From an uncultured virus (IMG/VR IMGVR_UViG_3300028114_000011) (Duplodnaviria; Heunggongvirae; Uroviricota; Caudoviricetes): a stretch of DNA of 64,000 nucleotides. Shown one piece after another: positions 56,736 through 64,000 of the stretch. The stretch spans positions 1-64,000 of the IMG/VR virus record IMGVR_UViG_3300028114_000011; one strand, 5' to 3'. Made by a program: the position numbers and the translations under genes. Numbering within the stretch: position 1 is the first letter of the stretch; each line of letters opens with the position of its first letter. The notes beneath the pieces are model-generated. The model saw nothing but the letters and a program-made list of their open reading frames with translations, was not told where the DNA came from and searched no databases.

Positions 56736-59700
56736 CTTGGTTTAATATATACGCTTTAATGTATCTGTTAATGGCACTTTTACCTTTATTCAAACCAAAA
56801 TAAAAATGGTTTGGTCCCCCAACAATAAATGACTGTTGTGTACCTGCCGGCCAGTTTGGATTTGCCAATCCTTGTGGTGTTTGATTGTAAATATAACCTC
56901 GTCTTCCTGTTGTTGATGGATTAAAGTATGGTGTTGTTGGGGGGTTAAAACTAAAGTTTTGGTATAGTTGTGAGTAAAACCCACCATTAGATAAAACATT
57001 AGTATTCCAATCATTTGTATCTGAACCAAATATTGATGATGTTGTGGTTGATGACCATTGATATGTTGGTACTAGTTGGGTATTTGGATACCCAAAATAA
57101 TTTGTAAGTGTTGGTGTAAATGTTTGAATACCAGGACTCAATGTTAATCTATTAACGGTATTTGAACTAAAGAATATACCCATTAAAGCATCACCTGTAC
57201 CAAGGTATAATTCATTATCTGAATAATTATCTTCATCAAATTCTTCAATCCCATATTCAGAATTTATTGAAAACATTTGTGCAACATCCCCATCAATTCT
57301 GTCTTCACTTCTTGAAAACATTCTGTTTATTGATGCATCACCTAAACCTAAAACTTGTCCCCAAAAGTTTGAATTTATCAATCTTGAAATAATGAATAAC
57401 TGTAAAATTTCAGAAGTGTCATTATACGATGTACTTTTTATTGACTCAATTAAATAACCTTCAAAGTTAGGGTTAGTACAAATTTCTTTTGTAAATTCAT
57501 CTCTTGGTCCTAAATCCATTATGGTTGTAGGGAAAAATAAATTACGAACATTCATTCCCTTAAAGTTTGCATCTTGCAAAGTTGGGCTTGCAAATGTTCC
57601 TTGTCTTGGTTTTTGACCAATAAATTTAGTTCCATCGTAAATCGCACTTCTATAAAAAAGTGAATTCGTTGTTCCACGAGTATAAAATATTGGTCCTTGA
57701 TATGGTCTTAATGTACTATCAGGTGTTCCACAAAACTTATACTTTTTTGGTTGTCCTGTAATATTGAAAATTGTTTGTTTTTTTAACGAAAACATATATA
57801 GTGAACCATTCACCCAATTGTTTTGAAACACTTGTGAAAATATACCTCTACACGCAGCAAACACCATTCTAAATCTTGTCTTCCATTCAAAGAAGTAAGT
57901 AATGTCTTTTGGTATTGAAACAATAAGTGGGTTATCAACAAACTTATAACATCCCCCCGACATTCTTTTGCCGTTAGGGTTTTCACTACAAGGATTTTGA
58001 ACAGAAAATGAGGTTCCTCCCCCTTGATAACATTTAAGTACTGTCATATTTTCACAACTTAATGAAGCCAAGACTGTACTTGAAACTTGACTTGGAGTAT
58101 CTCCTGTCAAATCTTGAGCATTGTTTGTGGTATCACCGGGCCCATTTGTTGTTGGCGCCAACGCCGTTCCACCTTCTTCATCAACAGCATAAACTGAAAA
58201 GTTGTCATTTAAAAATAAACTAAATGAACTATTACCACTTACTTCTGTTATATCTGAAGTTGGTAATCTATCAGACCTAAATACAATGTTTAATGAGTTA
58301 GATACTGATATATTAGAAACCGCTGTTGTGTGGTAAGCCGGGGAATAAACTCTTGTTGTTGTAGTTGCAACATTTATTGGGGAACCTGGAGTTGCATTTG
58401 AAGCAATTAATGAACCACCTTCAATATTACCTTGAGGACTTAATACCCCATTTGTCCATTGGAACGCCAACTTATTGTTACCAACACTTGGTTGAATATT
58501 AGAGTACACACCAGGTGTTGATGTAAAATACCCTAAATTAACAACGTCACTGTTATAAGACTTAAATGAACTTTGTGATTTATCGGTTGAGTTGTAGTAA
58601 TATGGTGCATTGTTTGTAAATGCAGTAAATAATGTACTATCAGGTGTAAAACCAAAAGGTGGGTGATAAAGAGTCGCATTATTGTTATTTGATACTGAAT
58701 GTGATTCAGGGGTTTTATAGTCATTAAACCATGCACCACTTCCTGAGTTTTGTTGTATTGGGACGTTCAAGTAATAACTTCCTTCAACAAAAGGACCTGT
58801 ACCTAAGTTAAAACCAAAAATTTTAGATAAGTCGTATTTAATATTTTGTTTTTCGGTGTATGGGTCAGTACCTCTTGTCAAAAATATTACTTCATAATTT
58901 GCAAAATCATCAATGAACTTAATTGGGAATACATAATCACATTGTTGTGGTAAAATTCCATAACAGAACCTTTGTGTTTTTTTGAATAGGTATTTGTTTA
59001 ATAAACCACCAGTTGTATTTGTAAGTCCTGAAAACTGTGTTACAGTCCCCCCTGTAATTACTTGGAAATATTCAACACCGGCAGGGAATTTGTAATCTTT
59101 ACCATCTTCAGATATTTTCAACTTTAAGTTTACGGTTTGCTGTGTACCTCCTTGTGTTATATAATTAACAGGGACTGTAACTAAACTTGAGGCATTGTAA
59201 GGTGTTGTACCTGTAATACTATTAGTATTAAATTGATTTGAATTTGTAATTCCCGTTAAGTTAGGGTCATTGATTGAATCAGTGTCTTGGAATGTTAAAA
59301 GTTGTCCAGGTGGTAACCCATTGAATGTTCCACTATCAACAAATAACATCATAATACTATCTGTAAACGGCTGTGACGCATCTACTGTTGTCGTGTTAGG
59401 TATTGTGTTTCTAACTGTTGTTTGAATTAAGTTATCCCCATCAAAATACCTTTGTCTTATATTTGCCAAGTTTAACGATTGGGATAATGTAACATCGTTT
59501 GCTAAAAATTTTATCCCTCCTTGAGCAGGAAACTCAGATATTGGAGTTTTTACTAATTTATCATTATCATTTCCAAGATTTTGATATTGATATCCAGCCA
59601 TAGCTTGAGCAATACCATTGTTAAATGCCGCTGGGTCGTTTGATGTGGACGATAAAATAGAATTGTACGTACTATAACTTACTGTTGAATTAGTATCACC

Positions 59701-61581
59701 CAAAGGACTATTATTTTCTGATGATATTGATACATTAGCACTTTGTGCAAATCCACTTTGTGTATCATCTTCAGGTAAAGTTTCATCGGTACAAGGACAC
59801 GCCTCACAATCAGGATATGATAACATTGGTAAAGATATTCTTTTAAAAATATTTTCTTTACCTAACTTTTTTATCGCTTCTTTTTTACATCCACCTTGTG
59901 GTCTAGCACCAAAAGTTATTGCTCTTATGGCTAAACAAATACCATAGATAACAACGTTTATTACCCATATTAATAAATTTATGATGATTCTTAATATTGG
60001 GTAGATAAACGCCAATACGTGTAAAAGTATTATAAGAATTATAAAAGTAGGGGTTATAATTATTGTTAATAAACTAAATAAAAAGAATATAAAATCAAAA
60101 TTTCTAACACCGTCATTAACAGGGAATCTATTTGTTGTTGTTGTACACCTTCTATCTGTTATTTCTTTTATCCCTAAATGACGACTTCTATTGAACCCCC
60201 ATTTCCATCTATCTATAAAATTTGCAACAGTATAAACTTTATTAAAATTAAATTCATAGAATTTATCATCACAATTAACGGCCTCTTGAATCATTTGTTG
60301 ACCAATAGTTGTGTTTACATCACCGTAGTCATCCCAATCAAGACTAAACGCATATGAATTTAACTGAGCTGTTAGGTCAGTAGGTGCATTCACATTTGCC
60401 GTTGTCCATCCCCATTCTTTTACATTAGGAACAAGATAATCGGCGCGTAATATACTGGCGTTCATACCATCTTCATTTTGGTATTGAATTCTAAATCTAT
60501 ATTTACCTTTTGTTGGTATACCCACGTTTGGGTCTGTTGAAAGTACTTGTTCTCCAAATTCATTTGTGGTTACGTAGTCTAAATTCATTGGCACGTTTGC
60601 CAACCAAGTACCATTATCGTCAATTATTTTTCCGCCTTCAGGTAAAGAGTACTGTTCTAAAGCGGGTCTACCGTTAATGTCGTAATTAATTGTTTGTCTG
60701 ATTGCTAAAATTCTACCTTGACCTGTTACTAAATCACATAAATTACCTGAATCTTTTTTTGGTTTACAGTTTGATTTTAAAAAGTCTTCTTCACTTGTTG
60801 AAAATAAAGAACCCATAAAAACGGCCTGTGGTGTGATTTCTATACCTAAATCTCTTAAATCAAAATCAACTCTTGTAATACCAACATTACAAATGTTTTC
60901 TTCACCCCAAAAAGATGCAACATCAATATCTTTTTTCTGACCAACTATTTGTGGTAATGAGTCCAAATCTGTTGATGCTTTAAGTTGGTCCCCATCAAAT
61001 TGTTCAGAAGTCCCACGACCCAATCTAATTAAGTCTGCAGGTCTTAGTGAAAAACACCCAATATTAGAAAGGTCTAAATCTAAAACCGCTGTTTGAATTC
61101 CTAACGGAACCCCTACAATCATAAAGTCACCACTTTCATTTGTTTTGACAGTGTACTTATAATACTTTTCATAAACTTCTAATACTTCTTTTCGTTTCAG
61201 AACATCTTCAACATCAGGAAATGTACCTGTTGGGGTGTGACCTCCGTATTCTTTAACGTATGGAAGTAAATTATATCTAAACCCATCTTCATTTTTTTGG
61301 TCAGGTCTTTTGTATGGATATAATGTAGACACTATAGGGTCATTTTCATCAACAGCGTCTAAAGGTACGAATATTGAAACATTCGCATTTGGTACTCCGT
61401 AACCACCATTAACAATAACTCGGCCAGCAACAACACCATAATCGGCACAGAATCTTGTGTACACATCTTCTTGTCTTAATTTTAGGGAAAGTATTTCCAA
61501 AAAATCGAAGTCTTGTGTGACGTTGATTCTTAGATTTTGGTCTTTTAGTGGTTGAGCCTTTAGTCTGTACGTCTTGGTCAT
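56728..61581 (-). CDS. Large baseplate-associated protein with internal hydrophobic hairpin
   Basis: 1617 aa; N-terminal GVVAGRV...GVPNANVSIF domain; ~60-aa hydrophobic stretch. Confidence 0.65.
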   Translation of the reverse strand: MTKTYRLKAQPLKDQNLRINVTQDFDFLEILSLKLRQEDVYTRFCADYGVVAGRVIVNGGYGVPNANVSIFVPLDAVDENDPIVSTLYPYKRPDQKNEDGFRYNLLPYVKEYGGHTPTGTFPDVEDVLKRKEVLEVYEKYYKYTVKTNESGDFMIVGVPLGIQTAVLDLDLSNIGCFSLRPADLIRLGRGTSEQFDGDQLKASTDLDSLPQIVGQKKDIDVASFWGEENICNVGITRVDFDLRDLGIEITPQAVFMGSLFSTSEEDFLKSNCKPKKDSGNLCDLVTGQGRILAIRQTINYDINGRPALEQYSLPEGGKIIDDNGTWLANVPMNLDYVTTNEFGEQVLSTDPNVGIPTKGKYRFRIQYQNEDGMNASILRADYLVPNVKEWGWTTANVNAPTDLTAQLNSYAFSLDWDDYGDVNTTIGQQMIQEAVNCDDKFYEFNFNKVYTVANFIDRWKWGFNRSRHLGIKEITDRRCTTTTNRFPVNDGVRNFDFIFFLFSLLTIIITPTFIILIILLHVLAFIYPILRIIINLLIWVINVVIYGICLAIRAITFGARPQGGCKKEAIKKLGKENIFKRISLPMLSYPDCEACPCTDETLPEDDTQSGFAQSANVSISSENNSPLGDTNSTVSYSTYNSILSSTSNDPAAFNNGIAQAMAGYQYQNLGNDNDKLVKTPISEFPAQGGIKFLANDVTLSQSLNLANIRQRYFDGDNLIQTTVRNTIPNTTTVDASQPFTDSIMMLFVDSGTFNGLPPGQLLTFQDTDSINDPNLTGITNSNQFNTNSITGTTPYNASSLVTVPVNYITQGGTQQTVNLKLKISEDGKDYKFPAGVEYFQVITGGTVTQFSGLTNTTGGLLNKYLFKKTQRFCYGILPQQCDYVFPIKFIDDFANYEVIFLTRGTDPYTEKQNIKYDLSKIFGFNLGTGPFVEGSYYLNVPIQQNSGSGAWFNDYKTPESHSVSNNNNATLYHPPFGFTPDSTLFTAFTNNAPYYYNSTDKSQSSFKSYNSDVVNLGYFTSTPGVYSNIQPSVGNNKLAFQWTNGVLSPQGNIEGGSLIASNATPGSPINVATTTTRVYSPAYHTTAVSNISVSNSLNIVFRSDRLPTSDITEVSGNSSFSLFLNDNFSVYAVDEEGGTALAPTTNGPGDTTNNAQDLTGDTPSQVSSTVLASLSCENMTVLKCYQGGGTSFSVQNPCSENPNGKRMSGGCYKFVDNPLIVSIPKDITYFFEWKTRFRMVFAACRGIFSQVFQNNWVNGSLYMFSLKKQTIFNITGQPKKYKFCGTPDSTLRPYQGPIFYTRGTTNSLFYRSAIYDGTKFIGQKPRQGTFASPTLQDANFKGMNVRNLFFPTTIMDLGPRDEFTKEICTNPNFEGYLIESIKSTSYNDTSEILQLFIISRLINSNFWGQVLGLGDASINRMFSRSEDRIDGDVAQMFSINSEYGIEEFDEDNYSDNELYLGTGDALMGIFFSSNTVNRLTLSPGIQTFTPTLTNYFGYPNTQLVPTYQWSSTTTSSIFGSDTNDWNTNVLSNGGFYSQLYQNFSFNPPTTPYFNPSTTGRRGYIYNQTPQGLANPNWPAGTQQSFIVGGPNHFYFGLNKGKSAINRYIKAYILNQDV

Positions 61582-61655
61582 TTATCGTTTTAAAATAAAT
61601 AGATAATTTAGGTTTTTTATTAAAAACTAATAACCTTAAAAATAAAATAAAGGAT

Positions 61656-63494
61656 TTAGTAGAAGTCTACAGTTCTTAGTTGTTTTACTCGAACATTAAT
61701 ATCTCTTGAATCAAACCTAATTTGATAAATTTGGTCCGGTTCTGCAAAGATAGTGTCGTCAATTAAAAGTATCTCTTTTGTATCTTTATTAGAATATCTT
61801 TGTGAAGTTTCAGATGAAGAATATTGACCACCAACTCTATTATAAATTTTAAGTTCGGTTAATGTACTAACCCCTGCAGTATTTTGTATTATCCTTCTTA
61901 TATCAGACACATTCACATTTTGACCTAAGTCTCTATTTTGTGGGTTCATATATGTTGACACTTGGTCAATAATTTGTGTAATAATTTGACTTTGAGCTGT
62001 GTTATTTTCTATAACTACCGAAATTTCAAACTCTAAATCAATTACTTTAGCAACATCGATTGATATGTAGTCATTAATCATTCTGTATTTAGAAAGATAG
62101 GTTGCTAAATTTGTTTTCAATGCGTTTGGTACTGTTTGAGTTAAATTACCTTCAGAGTCGTAAGATAAAATTTGTACAGTAACTTTATTATTATTTTCGG
62201 TAATTGCAACCTTTGCAGGTGCTCCAAATTTACCAGGCATTGTATCAATCAATGATTTATAATCATTTACAGTTACCGCTCTTTTTTGGGATGCAAAATT
62301 AAACGAAACCATATTTCTTACTTCTTCAACGGTTGGTTGGTTAGCACCCCCAACAGCACTTGTAATATTATTAACTTTCAGTGATTGTATAACACTTTGA
62401 TTAATTTGTGTTGACGGTCCATTTACTGCGAAATCTATTAAACCAACTTGATTTATTGCACCAACTCCAACATTTGATGCAGTTCCACCACCCACACGAT
62501 ATTGAACAAATAGTGTTGAATTAGGTGTTACTGTTAACCCCAATCCAATGTTATTTTGGTAATTTTGTATTTTAAGTGGAGTTCCTAAATTTGCAAATAG
62601 TTGTAACTGTTGGTTTGGTGTGGTTGTTGCCGCTCCAAATTGTATTTTCATATACCCTTCAGGTGTATATTCACTAATAAATCTATTATCTGTTTTAATG
62701 TATCTACCAACTTTTATACCTGCGTTATCTATAGGTTTAGTTGTATCTTCAATAAAAATAGTATCTTCGGCTAACGCATCAACTTCGTACCATTTATTAT
62801 TACTTGTGATAAACTCCGCATTTGTTGGTGTTGATTGGTATTGCGTTCCGTCTTTTTGAATAATTGTTGTTATTGACAATACATTTTTTTCAGGTAGAAA
62901 AAAGTTATAAAAAGGGACCACGTCAGCAGCATTAACAACCTGTTTATAAACTTTTGTTGCACCATTAACAACAACTTCTCTTTTGGTGATAATATAACTT
63001 ATTATTTTGTTGTTCGCATCAAATACGGGCACTTTCGTTCTATTGTTAAATCCTTCGTTATTATATTGTGTTGAAAAATCAATGTCGTACACTGTTTCAA
63101 AAATTTGACCTCCACCATTAAATTGAGCACCTGTTCTTAAAATACCCAAATATCTACTATCTTCATTGTCACCAAAAGCGGGAACTTGAATTGATACCTC
63201 AACTAAAGCAACAGAGGGTCTAAATCCTGGTATTTTTAAACCGTATGTTCTTGCGATATTGAATACCGAAGACCTTTGTTGAGCGTATTGTAATACTGTT
63301 TCTTGTATACTTCGGTCTATGTGAAAATGTAAGTTATCTCCAATGGCAGCATTTAAATCCATCAACACTGAAAATATTGATGCATCATTAAAGTTTTGAA
63401 TTATATCTGGATAATATTGTTGGGTATAATTTATTAGGTCCTTTCTTAGACTTTCAAAATCCCTACTTGTATAATTAATTTTTTGTGTAGCCAT
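61656..63494 (-). CDS. Baseplate wedge protein (T4 gp6-like)
   Basis: INYTSRDFESLRKDLINY, YRVGGG, AVGGAN, FASQKRAVTVNDY. Confidence 0.85.
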   Translation of the reverse strand: MATQKINYTSRDFESLRKDLINYTQQYYPDIIQNFNDASIFSVLMDLNAAIGDNLHFHIDRSIQETVLQYAQQRSSVFNIARTYGLKIPGFRPSVALVEVSIQVPAFGDNEDSRYLGILRTGAQFNGGGQIFETVYDIDFSTQYNNEGFNNRTKVPVFDANNKIISYIITKREVVVNGATKVYKQVVNAADVVPFYNFFLPEKNVLSITTIIQKDGTQYQSTPTNAEFITSNNKWYEVDALAEDTIFIEDTTKPIDNAGIKVGRYIKTDNRFISEYTPEGYMKIQFGAATTTPNQQLQLFANLGTPLKIQNYQNNIGLGLTVTPNSTLFVQYRVGGGTASNVGVGAINQVGLIDFAVNGPSTQINQSVIQSLKVNNITSAVGGANQPTVEEVRNMVSFNFASQKRAVTVNDYKSLIDTMPGKFGAPAKVAITENNNKVTVQILSYDSEGNLTQTVPNALKTNLATYLSKYRMINDYISIDVAKVIDLEFEISVVIENNTAQSQIITQIIDQVSTYMNPQNRDLGQNVNVSDIRRIIQNTAGVSTLTELKIYNRVGGQYSSSETSQRYSNKDTKEILLIDDTIFAEPDQIYQIRFDSRDINVRVKQLRTVDFY

Positions 63495-63495
63495 A

Positions 63496-63960
63496 TTATA
63501 TGTTAATTATTATAAATTCTCTTGAACCAAAAGAATTATTATCATCAGTGTAATCAATAGTTAGTTTCGCCGTATATTCTTGAGTTTCTTTTCCGGGTAT
63601 TTTATATATATCACTTGTTCCAAGTAATTCTTGATTTATTTCACCAGGTGCTTCATCAGATTGCAAATATGGAACAACACTAATATCGTTTATTGTTAGG
63701 TTTGGTATATATTTTTCAACCTGTTGTTGTATTTCAGATTTTATCCCATCAAAAGTTTCACCATCTAATGGGTCAAATATAAATTCATATATTCTAGTCC
63801 CAAAGTCAGGATTATAGTATCTACTACCTTTAGCAGTTAATATTAGATGTAATAAATTAGTCCTGATTTCATCACCAGCATTTTCAGTTAAATCAAAGTA
63901 ATAAGATTTTGGGCTATCCCTAAACGGGAAAGTAACACCATATGTTCTACCATCTGCCAT
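63496..63960 (-). CDS. Baseplate wedge subunit (gp25/GPW-like); probable start MADGRT
   Basis: IRTNLLHLILTAKGSRYYNPDFGTRIYEFIFDP. Confidence 0.88.
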   Translation of the reverse strand: MADGRTYGVTFPFRDSPKSYYFDLTENAGDEIRTNLLHLILTAKGSRYYNPDFGTRIYEFIFDPLDGETFDGIKSEIQQQVEKYIPNLTINDISVVPYLQSDEAPGEINQELLGTSDIYKIPGKETQEYTAKLTIDYTDDNNSFGSREFIIINI

Positions 63961-64000
63961 ATTCAATAAATATAATATCGAATATTTTTAGTTAAATAGA

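Noticed and set aside
1..64000. Stop-codon reassignment
   Set aside because: Conserved genes are full-length in the standard code, and TAG and TGA end genes at sensible boundaries

Overview
This AT-rich, densely coding, mostly minus-strand window is a segment of a large tailed (myovirus-like) phage genome, translated in the standard code. The host is probably Bacteroidota, judging from TAnnTTTG promoters, a Bacteroidota-type RpoD-like sigma factor, SprB-like repeats and an Hc1-like protein. Left part (1-25 kb): a ~820-nt structured non-coding RNA resembling GOLLD with its own promoter, boxA-like leader and terminator; accessory genes (DUF192, two DNA methyltransferases, type II glutamine synthetase, glutaredoxin, PcfJ-like, LRR protein, DnaJ); a membrane/lysis-like cluster; and two candidate sRNAs. 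Middle (25-36 kb): sigma factor, SbcC/SbcD, an RHH+HNH cassette, PD-(D/E)XK nuclease, primase and RuvC-like resolvase. Right (36-64 kb): a tail/baseplate module (gp25-, gp6- and gp7-like wedge proteins, SprB-repeat and fibre proteins) with two embedded glycosyltransferases. The most notable candidates are (1) the large ncRNA transcription unit with rRNA-operon-like signals, (2) a GT60-type GlcNAc transferase plus a second GT next to a structural-module protein with (Pro-Thr)n mucin-like tracts, suggesting virion O-glycosylation, and (3) a TATTTAT putative late promoter coupled to a shared N-terminal I/L-x-E leader that may act as a head-packaging tag. All family calls come from motif recognition by eye, not from database searches.
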